Shown: piece by piece, positions 1-10,031 of the stretch
Layout of the letters: each line of letters begins with the position of its first letter
How positions within the stretch are numbered: position 1 is the first letter of the stretch
Assembly (NCBI GenBank): GCA_040388575.1
Contig: JAZKBO010000001.1
Span: forward strand, 6,549 to 70,548
Reading direction: 5' to 3'
Length of the DNA: 64,000 nt
Source of the DNA: Patescibacteria group bacterium
Lineage (GTDB): Bacteria > Patescibacteriota > Minisyncoccia > Phycocordibacterales > UBA9973
Notes under the pieces: model-generated
The model's input: only the letters and a program-made list of their open reading frames with translations
Databases searched by the model: none
What the model was told of the DNA's origin: nothing
Made by a program: the position numbers and the translations under genes

Positions 1-277
1 TAAAGATTTACAAATATTTGCTGGTGGTTCTAAGAAGGCGGACTGGGATGTGGGCCTAGCGGTAGATGCTATTAAAATGGCTTCACGCCTCGACTCCGTA
101 GTAATAGTTTCCGGCGATGGCGACTTCGTGCCACTAGTGGAATATTTACAATCCATAGGTATCCAAGTAGAGGTAGTTTCCTTTGGTCAATCAACTTCCG
201 GCAAACTCCGTGAAGCGGTGGATGACTTCGTTGACCTATCGGATAACCCGAAGAAGTACTTACTCGGCACACGATAA
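1..277 (+). CDS. NYN-domain (LabA/DUF88) protein, 5'-partial
   Basis: Frame open from base 2: KKADWDVGLAVDAI...IVSGDGDFVPLVEYL...G..VEVVSFG motif typical of NYN/PIN-like nucleases. Confidence 0.85.
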   Translation, partial: KDLQIFAGGSKKADWDVGLAVDAIKMASRLDSVVIVSGDGDFVPLVEYLQSIGIQVEVVSFGQSTSGKLREAVDDFVDLSDNPKKYLLGTR

Positions 278-340
278 CTCCTCTGCAAGTTGTTTTTTTA
301 GATAAAAGTGCTAGTATAACTCATATTAATAGAGTTAATC

Positions 341-431
341 GGTTCGCGTTCGGACATATAGTAATGTTCTCTTAATGAATAGAACATACTGCAGTTCGAA
401 CACGAGCTAACTCTTCCGACGTTTCGGAAGA
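341..431 (+). promoter_or_regulatory. Structured 5' leader of pnp (long stem-loop 341-408 plus hairpin 412-431)
   Basis: GGTTCGCGTTCGGAC pairs with GTTCGAACACGAGCT (G-U pairs, one mismatch); inner ATGTTCT/AGAACAT; TCTTCCGA/TCGGAAGA hairpin just before the ATG. Confidence 0.6.
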
Positions 432-439
432 CAAATATT

Positions 440-2572
440 ATGCAGAAAAAAGAATATAGTATCGAGATTGGTGGCAAAACTTTAACCGCTATGTTTACTG
501 ACTTGGCGGAGCAAGCAGGGGGCTCTGTTATGCTCAAATATGGGGAGACTATTGTGCTGGCCACGGCTTGTATGTCTAAAGACAAGCAAAATGGCTTGGG
601 ATTTTTTAATTTGACGGTGGATTATATCGAAAAGTTCTACGCCTCTGGTAAAATTTCCGGCTCTCGCTTCGTAAAGAGGGAAGGCAAGCCTTCGGAAGAC
701 GCTATCCTTGCCAGCCGAGTAATTGACCGTACCCTGCGCCCACTCTTCGACCAGGAAATCCGCCATGCGGTCCAAGTAATCGTCACCGTTATTTCCGTAG
801 ATGATAATGACTCGGTAATTTTAGCTATCAATGCAGCCTCACTTGCACTAGCAGTATCCAATATTCCTTGGGCTGGACCAATCGGGTCCGTACGTATTGG
901 TAAATATGCCGATGAAAATCTAGTAATCAACGCTCTCTCGAGTATGCGAGCAGAAGATGCGCATTATAAATTCGACCTAGCTGTTTGTGGTAAAGACGGT
1001 AATATCAATATGATCGAGGCTGCGGCCAGGCAGGTAAAGGAAGATGAATTGGAGCTGGCCCTCACGGCAGCAAGTGTGGAAATAACTCGCCTCGAGGACT
1101 TCCAGAAGAAGATTGTGAAGGAAATCGGCAAACCAAAGAGAGTTATTGAAAAAGAAACCATAAATCCTGAATCAGTAGAATTATTTAATAAAAATATTTT
1201 ACCCAAGATGGATGCCGCTATATTCGCTGGTCCAGGTAAGAAGGAAATTGATGAATTACATAGTGCCTGGAATAAATTAGTAAAAGAAAAGTACCCCGAT
1301 CGAGATGATTTTGCGCCGGAGGATAACCTATTTGACGACACTGAAAATAAAATCCTTCATGAAAAGGCAATAAAGGATGGTAAGCGTGCCGACGGCCGCG
1401 CGATGGATGGCCTACGTGACCTCTTTGCACAAGCCGGAGGAATCTCTACAATTTTGCATGGCTCTGGAATTTTCTACCGCGGTGGCACCCACGTACTTTC
1501 AGTACTTACACTCGGTGGCCCGGAAGACAGGCATATGATCGACGGCATGCAAACTAAGAGTGAAAAGAGATTCATGCATCATTACAACTTCCCACCATAT
1601 TCTGCGGGGGAGACGGGCCGCGCCGGATTTACCAACAGGCGTGAAGTCGGCCATGGCGCCCTCGCGGAAAAGGCATTAGCGATGGTCTTACCACCAGCGG
1701 AAAAATTCCCATACACTATCCGCGTAGTTTCTGAATCTATGGCATCCAACGGTTCCACATCTCAGGCATCTATCTGCGCCGGGAGCTTGGCACTGATGGA
1801 CGGCGGCGTACCGATACTTGCACCAGTTGCTGGTATCGCCATGGGCCTCATGTATCAAGATGATAAAAATTATAAAGTTCTAACTGACATTCAAGGACCG
1901 GAGGACCATCATGGTGACATGGATTTTAAAGTTGCTGGCACTCGCGAGGGTATCACTGCCATACAGCTGGATGTAAAGGTAGAAGGCGTACCGATAAAAA
2001 TATTGGGTGAGGCCATGAAGCAGTCGAGGGCCGCGCACTTAGCGATAATTGATAGAATTGAAAAGGAAATCCCAGCACCGCGAGCTGAAATTTCAGCCAA
2101 TGCGCCGAAGATAATCATGATTAAAATATATCCGGATCAAATAGGTATGGTTATCGGCAGTGGCGGCAAGGTAATTAAAGAAATCAAGGAGAAGTCTGGT
2201 GCAGAAATTACTATTGAAGATGACGGCACTGTGTACCTAACTGGTAAGGGTGATGCTCCAGAAAAAGCCAAGACAATTATTGAGGAAATGACTCATGAAT
2301 TTACTCCTGGCGAGGTCTTGAAGGGGGAAGTAGTCAAGATTGCGGACTTCGGTGCCTTTGTAAGATTGAATGACTTTACAGACGGCATGGTCCACATTTC
2401 CGAAATTGCGCCTTTCCGAGTTGAGCGAGTTAGCGATATAATAAAGGAAGGCATGATAGTGCCAGTGAAAGTGATCAAGATTGATCGTGAACGCGGTAAG
2501 ATCAGCCTCTCGATCAAAGAAGCAGACCCAAATTTCTTCAAGCCAAATGGACCAACCATTGGAACAAAATAA
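440..2572 (+). CDS. pnp: Polyribonucleotide nucleotidyltransferase (PNPase)
   Basis: Two RNase PH domains (RRE.GHG.LA, SNGSTS.AS, DHHGDMDFKVAGT), KH (IGSGGKVIK) and S1 (FGAFV...GMVHISE) domains. Confidence 0.97.
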   Translation: MQKKEYSIEIGGKTLTAMFTDLAEQAGGSVMLKYGETIVLATACMSKDKQNGLGFFNLTVDYIEKFYASGKISGSRFVKREGKPSEDAILASRVIDRTLRPLFDQEIRHAVQVIVTVISVDDNDSVILAINAASLALAVSNIPWAGPIGSVRIGKYADENLVINALSSMRAEDAHYKFDLAVCGKDGNINMIEAAARQVKEDELELALTAASVEITRLEDFQKKIVKEIGKPKRVIEKETINPESVELFNKNILPKMDAAIFAGPGKKEIDELHSAWNKLVKEKYPDRDDFAPEDNLFDDTENKILHEKAIKDGKRADGRAMDGLRDLFAQAGGISTILHGSGIFYRGGTHVLSVLTLGGPEDRHMIDGMQTKSEKRFMHHYNFPPYSAGETGRAGFTNRREVGHGALAEKALAMVLPPAEKFPYTIRVVSESMASNGSTSQASICAGSLALMDGGVPILAPVAGIAMGLMYQDDKNYKVLTDIQGPEDHHGDMDFKVAGTREGITAIQLDVKVEGVPIKILGEAMKQSRAAHLAIIDRIEKEIPAPRAEISANAPKIIMIKIYPDQIGMVIGSGGKVIKEIKEKSGAEITIEDDGTVYLTGKGDAPEKAKTIIEEMTHEFTPGEVLKGEVVKIADFGAFVRLNDFTDGMVHISEIAPFRVERVSDIIKEGMIVPVKVIKIDRERGKISLSIKEADPNFFKPNGPTIGTK

Positions 2573-3419
2573 AATACCCGAAGCACCTGACCAGCTACAA
2601 GATAAGCTGGTAAAAACCTATGCCACGGATATGGCAGAGGCTATGGGTGACAACCAGGGCGGCATGATAAAGAGTATCATTCGTGAAGAAGAAGCTAAAC
2701 AAAAAGAACATAGCAATCCGGAACTGATAAAAAATAGAATTTTCCTCGGCGCCGGAGTGTTGCTCATAATCGCAGCCTTAGTTACTCTCGGCTATTTCTA
2801 CTTTAGTAAAAAATCAATAGGTACAATACAAGTAGAAAATATTACACCGATGATCTTTACCGACAAATCCGAGAAGGTAGAAATTGCGGACTTAAACAAG
2901 GACCAAATAACTAAAGCTATTTGGGATAAAGCTGCGGGAGTAGATATGAAATACGGTGGGGTAGAAGAGCTCGCCGTGGTAAAGCAAGATAAAATGGTGG
3001 GCCTCCGGGAATTTATTCAAGCTATCAAGAGCCCGCTGGTTTTGAGCGGCAGGCAATTTGTGGATGATAATTTCCTTGTTGGGGTATATGCTTGGGAAAC
3101 AAAGAGTCCATTTATCCTTATCCGCATGCGCTCCATCCCGGATATTTTTACCAGCATGCACGATTGGGAGAGTAAAATGTTTTATGACTTGCACGGAATT
3201 TTCGGTACGGAAATAAATGCTGATACAAACTACCTACTGACTAAAGATTTTGAAGACGGCATTGTAGAAAATAAAAATTCGCGTATATTACACACGAATG
3301 AGGGTAATGTCGCCTTGATGTATGTCTTCCTAGATGACACTCACCTCATGATAGCCAATGACCTACAGGCCGTGCACGAAGTCGTGGTTCGCCTCGCTGG
3401 CAGCCGCATAAAACAATAA
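2547..3419 (+). CDS. Hypothetical membrane-anchored protein
   Basis: ATG at 2547 in ORF 2481..3419; single TM segment (IFLGAGVLLIIAALVTLGYFYF). Confidence 0.7.
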   Translation: MDQPLEQNKIPEAPDQLQDKLVKTYATDMAEAMGDNQGGMIKSIIREEEAKQKEHSNPELIKNRIFLGAGVLLIIAALVTLGYFYFSKKSIGTIQVENITPMIFTDKSEKVEIADLNKDQITKAIWDKAAGVDMKYGGVEELAVVKQDKMVGLREFIQAIKSPLVLSGRQFVDDNFLVGVYAWETKSPFILIRMRSIPDIFTSMHDWESKMFYDLHGIFGTEINADTNYLLTKDFEDGIVENKNSRILHTNEGNVALMYVFLDDTHLMIANDLQAVHEVVVRLAGSRIKQ

Positions 3420-3421
3420 GA

Positions 3422-4228
3422 TTATTGAGTTACTGGAAGCTCCACATAGAATTGGGAGCCTTTGCCGGGGCCTTCACTCTCGCCCCATACTCGGCCATGA
3501 TGAGCTTCTGCAATAAGCTTGACGGAGAATAGGCCATAACCAGTGGAATCCACATTTACTTTAACGGAGTCCTTGCCGCGGCCGCCTTCAGTGAATAAAT
3601 TCTTTTTATCTTCATCGGTGATGCCGATGCCGGTGTCTTTTACTGAAAAAATTACTTTATTATCTTTCTTTTCTAGTCCCACAATCAATTTCCCAGCCTG
3701 TGTGTACTTGATAGAATTTTCAATTAAGTTATTTACTACCTCCTTGAGCCAGAAAGCATCGCCTGAAATCTTGTAGTCGCCCTCCTTTATATCTTCTTCA
3801 ATTTTTAGACCCTTAGCTTCCGCAGAAACAGTTTTCTCAGTGGCTGTTTTTTGGACGATTTCCTTTAAATCAATTTCCTTCATGTCATACTTCACCACCC
3901 CTTTTTGCATATTAGCTACGGAGAGTACGAGGTCCACCGTTTCGATACCCATGTTGTCACTTTCAAGACCTTGTTCGGCACGCCTCTTGACCTCATCATT
4001 TATTTCACCGAAGGTACCGTCAAGGATGCCGGCAAAAATATATTTAGAGCGGGTGAAGGAACCTTTAACTTTGTGAGTTACCAGGTGCACGAGGGATTCG
4101 CGTTGTTTGATAAGCTCACTAACTTGCTTATACAACCTCGCGAGTTCGAGGTTTTGTTTATACATGGCTTCCGTAACCTTTTTATATTCAGCTGGATCGA
4201 TAGGGCTGTTGTTTTCGTCGTTTGCCAT
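3422..4228 (-). CDS. Histidine kinase with no sensor or TM domain (HisKA + HATPase_c)
   Basis: H-box-like LVTHKVKGSFT, N box NLIENSIKYT, G1 DTGIGI, G2 STGYGL, GKGSQFYVELP. Confidence 0.9.
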   Translation of the reverse strand: MANDENNSPIDPAEYKKVTEAMYKQNLELARLYKQVSELIKQRESLVHLVTHKVKGSFTRSKYIFAGILDGTFGEINDEVKRRAEQGLESDNMGIETVDLVLSVANMQKGVVKYDMKEIDLKEIVQKTATEKTVSAEAKGLKIEEDIKEGDYKISGDAFWLKEVVNNLIENSIKYTQAGKLIVGLEKKDNKVIFSVKDTGIGITDEDKKNLFTEGGRGKDSVKVNVDSTGYGLFSVKLIAEAHHGRVWGESEGPGKGSQFYVELPVTQ

Positions 4229-4238
4229 GAATTATTTA

Positions 4239-4517
4239 CTATTTTAAACTGGATGGCACTTCTGAATCCTTTAGGTCCACTATAAGTCCAGCAACGGCAT
4301 GCTTGCATACTTCATGGGAAGCTCTACCAAAGAGCCGTTCGTATTGAGCCACCAGTGCGTCTATCACTTCCTGCTTATTTGAAGAATCAATGCTAATAAC
4401 TCCCTGTTCGTGTACTCCGAGTGATGGAACTTTAGAAGCTTCAATCCAAGCAAGGGGCCCAATAATAAGCTCCTGTTCTTTGATTATTCTTATTACGATT
4501 TGTTCAAAGATGCTCAT
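4239..4517 (-). CDS. Small hypothetical protein co-transcribed with the histidine kinase
   Basis: 92-aa ORF packed tightly between the membrane protein and the HK. Confidence 0.7.
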   Translation of the reverse strand: MSIFEQIVIRIIKEQELIIGPLAWIEASKVPSLGVHEQGVISIDSSNKQEVIDALVAQYERLFGRASHEVCKHAVAGLIVDLKDSEVPSSLK

Positions 4518-4521
4518 AATT

Positions 4522-5343
4522 TTAACTGTTTTTGATTTTATAAAAATTCCACCCAGTATAAATCAAGGCCAACGACATAACAAAATATGAAACAAAATAT
4601 AAGTAGTCATCAATACCTCCGGTATACCATGTGCCATGGCCAACTTGATAAAGAAAAACAAAATCAGCTAAATAATCCATTACAAGTGCAAAAAGTAAAA
4701 AAAGTATCGGTTTTTTCATAATACCACCTAACATATTTCTAGAAATTAAAAATGCCAATATTGCTATTGATATATATAATGCTTGCCCAAGAGGGTACCC
4801 AAAATCTAGTAAGATTTTTAATTTGTTTGACCAATCAAATTCATACCCTTGCAAAAACAGGAAATAAGATATAAATAAAATTGCAACAGGTATTATAGCC
4901 GCCCAAATTTTGTTCTTAACTAATTTTAAAGAAAACTTACCACCTCCTATTTTAGAAAGTAAAAATGAAGAATAAATGTAGGCTAAAACACTACCGAAAA
5001 ATCCAATATCTCCAATGGAAGGGTATGGTATTTCAACTTTTTGAAAGATATTCCAGTAGCTATTAAAAAGTTGCCCAAATGTCTGAAGAAAAAGACCAAC
5101 AGACATAATTAGCATTGCTTTGCCTACCAGGCTTTTATAGCCACCCCAATTTCTGGAAACTTTCATCCCAGCAATACCTCCGAATAATGCCATTACAGTG
5201 TAAATCCCACCAAAAATTTGTCTTTGTTTAAGAGAAGAATCTACATCAAGACTATAAACATAGAAAAAGAATATCGAAATACCAACAAACAATATAATTG
5301 CAATCAGGAGTTCACGCTTATTATTTTTATTAGTTTCTAGCAT
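4522..5343 (-). CDS. Polytopic membrane protein (~7-8 TM), possible sensor input module
   Basis: Many hydrophobic helices; PYPSIGD loop and DFGYPLG motif. Confidence 0.75.
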   Translation of the reverse strand: MLETNKNNKRELLIAIILFVGISIFFFYVYSLDVDSSLKQRQIFGGIYTVMALFGGIAGMKVSRNWGGYKSLVGKAMLIMSVGLFLQTFGQLFNSYWNIFQKVEIPYPSIGDIGFFGSVLAYIYSSFLLSKIGGGKFSLKLVKNKIWAAIIPVAILFISYFLFLQGYEFDWSNKLKILLDFGYPLGQALYISIAILAFLISRNMLGGIMKKPILFLLFALVMDYLADFVFLYQVGHGTWYTGGIDDYLYFVSYFVMSLALIYTGWNFYKIKNS

Positions 5344-5422
5344 GTATTTAATTATACCACCCTTCCTTTATTACTGTGCAAGTTGTTTATCAACATGGAT
5401 AACTTTCATTAAGGAAGATTTT

Positions 5423-6367
5423 CTAGGGAGTAGGTGGGGCAAATGTTCCCTCGGCCAACTTATAAGAGATTATATATTTTTTAAAAAAAGAGTGGTGTCT
5501 AAATTGAGTTTTTGCATTCCTTAAATTCTCTATACCAAGATCCTGTTCGTCGTTCATAAATTCTTTACCGAATGAGAAAATAATTTCAGCGTTTTTCTTT
5601 CGTAAGAAAGCATAAATTCCCGGGAGAGCTACCTCTGCTTTAGCGATCATGCCAAGACAATAATTTGAATTATTTAGTTCGTTGATAAAAAAAGCAACTA
5701 ATTTATTATCTATAAAAATTCCCACACTAATCAATTCTGCAACTTCATTAATAATAAATAATCTTTTAATAACCTCAAGTTCTTTGTGTTCAAAAGTGAA
5801 AAATAATTTTTCTATGATCTTATTTGTAATCCATTTTTTGTAAAGTTTAATAACATCAGATTGTGTTTTTTTGTCCCCTAAATGTAAAAGTCTAATTTCT
5901 GCTTTGGGATATTCTTTAATAAAGAACTCAGTTTGTGTAAGTTTCTTTTTTAATTTACTGCCATGTAATTTAGCTAGGGTTTCAGTATGATAAATGTAAT
6001 CAAAATGATCGCGATCTTCCACGATATTGTATTTTTTTGTATCTAAACCTAAAACTGAATCTTCAGGAACTAGCTTTAGTAGCATGTCTAATTTTTCATC
6101 TTTTGATAGAGAGAATAGTTTTTCCACAGTGGAATTAGTATTTTTATTTCCAAGGAAAGAATAGAAAGGTTTTCCAGTTATATAGTCTGCAAAGCGTACA
6201 ACTAAATTACCGTAGAGCTGCGAAATTCGCATTTCACCTTTTATATCCCAACTCCACATGGAGACAAAATTAAAATCAGAATAAGGGGGAAATTTTAGAG
6301 TAAATTTCTCTATATCCTTTTTATCAGTTAATTCAAGTTTTTTAAATTCAGGAAATTCAGGAATCAT
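5423..6367 (-). CDS. DUF2156 / phosphatidylglycerol lysyltransferase-like GNAT-domain protein
   Basis: SDFNF...W, DRDHFDYIY...L..L.G.K, N.EQDLG.ENLR.AK motifs. Confidence 0.8.
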   Translation of the reverse strand: MIPEFPEFKKLELTDKKDIEKFTLKFPPYSDFNFVSMWSWDIKGEMRISQLYGNLVVRFADYITGKPFYSFLGNKNTNSTVEKLFSLSKDEKLDMLLKLVPEDSVLGLDTKKYNIVEDRDHFDYIYHTETLAKLHGSKLKKKLTQTEFFIKEYPKAEIRLLHLGDKKTQSDVIKLYKKWITNKIIEKLFFTFEHKELEVIKRLFIINEVAELISVGIFIDNKLVAFFINELNNSNYCLGMIAKAEVALPGIYAFLRKKNAEIIFSFGKEFMNDEQDLGIENLRNAKTQFRHHSFFKKYIISYKLAEGTFAPPTP

Positions 6368-6537
6368 AAAAAATTAAGAAAACCCGCTCCTTTGCGACTC
6401 TCCGGTGTGTTAATATTTTAGCATAATAATATAAAGTTTAAAAAAGAGAAGGTCTTGCAAAAAATCTAAAATGATGTATAATGATAATAAGGCAGCCCTT
6501 GTTTTTTGACACTTAAATAGGGCTAGGAGTTGACACT

Positions 6538-6975
6538 ATGGGTCGCGAGGATACGGTACGAACCCTACTGAACTCAATCCCGATTTTCACAAGTCGCGAC
6601 TGGGGCTCCGTGGAGAGAAATGGTAGGGCGGTAGAGCTGGCCAAATCCATTCGGGCAGCCGTCGATCAACGGGACGACGCCAAGATGAAAGAGTTGGCTA
6701 AGGAAATCGACTACTTCATGTCGCCAAGCTTTGTTCTCTTCAAGAGGATGGAGCGTCTCATCGAGAGACAGGGACAGAGGGTTTGGCGCGCCGAACAAGA
6801 CAACGCCGCTTGGCAGAGTCTGATCAGACGCACGTCGATCGTTACACGACGTCGTGATACTGCGGAGCTCGCAGAAATTGCGCCGCGCATCATTGCGTTT
6901 CTCAAGCAGAGGAACGAGCATGTCCTGGCTGGAAGCCTCGAAGAGGCCCTGGCTACATGCAAGGCTCGAAGATAG
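6538..6975 (+). CDS. Hypothetical protein (GC-rich cassette)
   Basis: 145-aa ORF preceded by AGGAG SD and a TTGCAA-N16-TATAAT promoter (6455-6482). Confidence 0.65.
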   Translation: MGREDTVRTLLNSIPIFTSRDWGSVERNGRAVELAKSIRAAVDQRDDAKMKELAKEIDYFMSPSFVLFKRMERLIERQGQRVWRAEQDNAAWQSLIRRTSIVTRRRDTAELAEIAPRIIAFLKQRNEHVLAGSLEEALATCKARR

Positions 6976-7001
6976 TTCACCCCTAGTAAGGACTAAAAGA
7001 G

Positions 7002-7490
7002 ATGTCGAAGCTGTATTTTACTCGCTCCGGCGCAGATAGAATAATGCGTCAGAAGCAGGCTTTATTTGACAAACTTAGGTCAATTCAAGGCCAGAAAGGA
7101 GAAGCCGCAGAGGTTGGAGGCAACCAGTGGCATGATAATTTCTCCTTCGAGCAACTGTCGCGTGACGAACAGATGGTTAACGCACAAATCACTGAAATCA
7201 ATCGAAAGATTGCCGACATGGTTGTGATTGACCAGCCGCCAGACGACACGAGCAAGCTTCGCATTGGACACATTGCGTTGCTTGATGTTAATGGAGAAAT
7301 CAAAACATATTTGGTGGGGGGCTTTGAAGACTCGGAGAGCTCCACTAAACCGCAGGTCATCAGCTATCTGGCTCCGCTCATCCGCCAATTCATCGGAAAA
7401 GAGCGGGGCTACACGACTTCAATCAAAATCGATGAGAAGACGGTTGAAGTCACGCTCGAGGAGATACAACTACAGAAGGAGGGGAAGTAG
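7002..7490 (+). CDS. GreA/GreB-family transcript cleavage factor-like protein
   Basis: N-terminal coiled coil with WHDNFSFE tip; C-terminal ISYLAPL...IGK..G motif. Confidence 0.8.
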   Translation: MSKLYFTRSGADRIMRQKQALFDKLRSIQGQKGEAAEVGGNQWHDNFSFEQLSRDEQMVNAQITEINRKIADMVVIDQPPDDTSKLRIGHIALLDVNGEIKTYLVGGFEDSESSTKPQVISYLAPLIRQFIGKERGYTTSIKIDEKTVEVTLEEIQLQKEGK

Positions 7491-7492
7491 TC

Positions 7493-8047
7493 ATGATCGT
7501 AGCAGTAGAAGGGATTGACTGCGCCGGGAAAGGTGAAGCTTGCCCTAGACTGGCCAGAGCTCTTAATGCAATCTTGTTCAAGACTCCCCCTGAAAGCATG
7601 AGAGGGGAGCAGGATAAGGTCAACGCTACTGCCACGGATGAGGAGCATTATAGTTACTTTACTCGAGTCGTGCAAACGGCATCGAGGGAGTTAGCTGTTC
7701 TGGCTACGAACCGCAACGTGGTAGTAGATCGATATTGGATGACCACAGTGGTTTACCACCGGGTCATGGGAATTCCAGCCAAACTGGCGGATATGGGCAA
7801 CATTATCATTCCGGATATAACCGTCTACCTAACGGTGTCTCCGCAAGTCCAAGCAAAACGAATGGATGGTAGGGGCATGTCTCCGGGCGACAAGCGCATG
7901 GACGGCAGGCAACACCTCATTCGACAAATCTACGACGAAGTCCTGTCCACGGTGGACAAGGTGATTCGCGTAGATACCAGCAATCTTACCCCGGATCAGG
8001 TCATCGACCTGATTCTCGCGGGAATGCCCTCTGTCGACAGCGGCTGA
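7493..8047 (+). CDS. Thymidylate kinase-family (NMP kinase) protein
   Basis: P-loop VEGIDCAGKG, VVDRYW, PDITVYL motifs. Confidence 0.8.
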   Translation: MIVAVEGIDCAGKGEACPRLARALNAILFKTPPESMRGEQDKVNATATDEEHYSYFTRVVQTASRELAVLATNRNVVVDRYWMTTVVYHRVMGIPAKLADMGNIIIPDITVYLTVSPQVQAKRMDGRGMSPGDKRMDGRQHLIRQIYDEVLSTVDKVIRVDTSNLTPDQVIDLILAGMPSVDSG

Positions 8048-8114
8048 GGGCATTTACTTTTGCACTTACAATAATGTTATAATGGTTTTAATTATTTAAA
8101 TACAATAAATATCT

Positions 8115-8672
8115 ATGAATAACCGAGAGATAGAGGTAAGATTTTTAGAAATTGATAAACAACTTTTAATTAAAAAATTAAGCGATCTTGGGGCGCAAGA
8201 TCATGGAGAAGATTTATTGGAGGAAATTATTTTTTATGACAAGGATCATAAATGGCCAGACGAGGGTAAATTTGTAAGAATAAGAAAGGATAGTAAGGGT
8301 GTATTACTGTCCTACAAGCACCATCAGTCTGAAAATATTAATGGGGTAGAAGAAATTGAATTTGGTATTACAGACAGTGAACAAGCAAAAGTTTTTTTAG
8401 AAAAATTAGGACTAATAGTTTTTAGATACCAACAAAAAAAACGGCATTCGTTCACGTTAAACGGAGTAACTGTGGACATTGATACGTGGCCCAAAATCCC
8501 AACATATCTAGAGCTTGAGGGATCTTCTGAATTAGAACTAAAAGAAGCAGCGGGAAAGCTTCAATTGGATTGGCAGGAGGTAGTTTTTAAAAGCGCGAGA
8601 ACTATTATTGAAGAACAATACCATATACCAGTTAGCTCGATGAAGTGGTTTACTTTTGATAAATTTGAATAA
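8115..8672 (+). CDS. CYTH-domain (class IV adenylate cyclase-like) protein
   Basis: EIEVRF at N-terminus, VRIR, EEIEF, KKRH, YLELEG. Confidence 0.88.
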   Translation: MNNREIEVRFLEIDKQLLIKKLSDLGAQDHGEDLLEEIIFYDKDHKWPDEGKFVRIRKDSKGVLLSYKHHQSENINGVEEIEFGITDSEQAKVFLEKLGLIVFRYQQKKRHSFTLNGVTVDIDTWPKIPTYLELEGSSELELKEAAGKLQLDWQEVVFKSARTIIEEQYHIPVSSMKWFTFDKFE

Positions 8673-8679
8673 ATAAAAT

Positions 8680-10008
8680 ATGTTTAAATCAGGAAAAGAG
8701 TCTGGAGACTATCTAAGACAAATTGGAAACAGCGTCCCAGAAAAAATTGGCGTTATTGAAAAATCTTTAAATGACAGTAGTTTACCAAAAACTGCAGACG
8801 GAAAAATTAGAATTATTGAACTTGGTATTGGTGGGGGTGAGTCACTTAAGAGACTTAAAAAAAATTCATCTAGTGGTGTAGAATTGATTGCGGTAGATAT
8901 TATTCCAAAGCTAGTAGCTTCGATAAAAAAAGAAACTGGGGTTGATGCGGTAGCTGCAGATGCAGGCACATTGCCTTTTGCCGATATGTCAATTAGCGCC
9001 ATTAATGCATCTGCTATTTTTCATGAAATTAGTTCATACGGCATTGGTAGTAATTTAAAAGATGGGGGTAATTTATATGGAAAGGATGCCATAATCAGAA
9101 CACTTGGAGAATTTAATAGAGTATTACTACCTGAAGGAAAAATTGCTTATAGGGATGTTCTGGCGCCGTCAGAAAATTTAATGGGTGGAAAAAAAGTTAA
9201 CTACTCTCATAAATCGTGGAGGTTATATGCAAATTGGTTTTTAAGAGATTTTGTGAATCCGAGCTCTCGCTTTTACAAAAACATCAACCCAACTATAGAT
9301 GAGGCAGAGGATGGATTCGCTTTAACTGCTCCAGTAGGATTTCAGAGAGATTTTCAACGGCACTATATAATGCTCAGAGACTACCTAAGAAATGTAAAAC
9401 AAAAAGAGTTTGGTTTGACTATGGTCCGTTCGGATTGGTTAGATGAAAAACAAGGACTAAAATCCGTAACATTTTCTTTAGATGAGCGTTTGGGGTCTAT
9501 AATTGATTTGTCAGGTTTTGAAGTACATGATTCCATGGGGGAAAAAATTTATCGTGGTAATTCTGATCAATTTGATAAAATTTATGACGACCTAATGGAA
9601 TATTATTTCACTCAATTAAATAGTGGTTCTGTTGAAGGGAAGATTTTTGCTGAAATCATAAATACATGGAAAGAAAGAGAGGGTTTAGAGAACTATATAT
9701 ATGGAAACATTATTGACATATTGGATTTATCTTATGAGGCAACTAAAAGTAGTAATAGTGAGTGGGTACTTTTTCCTGAATCTACTTCAGATATAGAAAC
9801 CCCATTAAGATTTTATTACAATCGTTATTTAAAGGGTGTTGTAGACTACCCGGAACAGGACGGAAAGCAAATAATATCTTTTAAAAAAATGAAAAGAGAT
9901 CAAGCATTGGATTCACTTAATAAGCTTATGGAATCTCCTTGGTGTATTAAAAATTTAGGTGTTAAAGAAATGGAAAAACTGAGAGTTAAGATAGAACAAT
10001 TAAAATAG
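8680..10008 (+). CDS. Class I SAM-dependent methyltransferase with large C-terminal extension
   Basis: IIELGIGGG, AVDI, ADAGTLPF, SAIFHE, RVLLPEGK motifs. Confidence 0.8.
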   Translation: MFKSGKESGDYLRQIGNSVPEKIGVIEKSLNDSSLPKTADGKIRIIELGIGGGESLKRLKKNSSSGVELIAVDIIPKLVASIKKETGVDAVAADAGTLPFADMSISAINASAIFHEISSYGIGSNLKDGGNLYGKDAIIRTLGEFNRVLLPEGKIAYRDVLAPSENLMGGKKVNYSHKSWRLYANWFLRDFVNPSSRFYKNINPTIDEAEDGFALTAPVGFQRDFQRHYIMLRDYLRNVKQKEFGLTMVRSDWLDEKQGLKSVTFSLDERLGSIIDLSGFEVHDSMGEKIYRGNSDQFDKIYDDLMEYYFTQLNSGSVEGKIFAEIINTWKEREGLENYIYGNIIDILDLSYEATKSSNSEWVLFPESTSDIETPLRFYYNRYLKGVVDYPEQDGKQIISFKKMKRDQALDSLNKLMESPWCIKNLGVKEMEKLRVKIEQLK

Positions 10009-10031
10009 CTACTAAATTTAAATATATAAGA

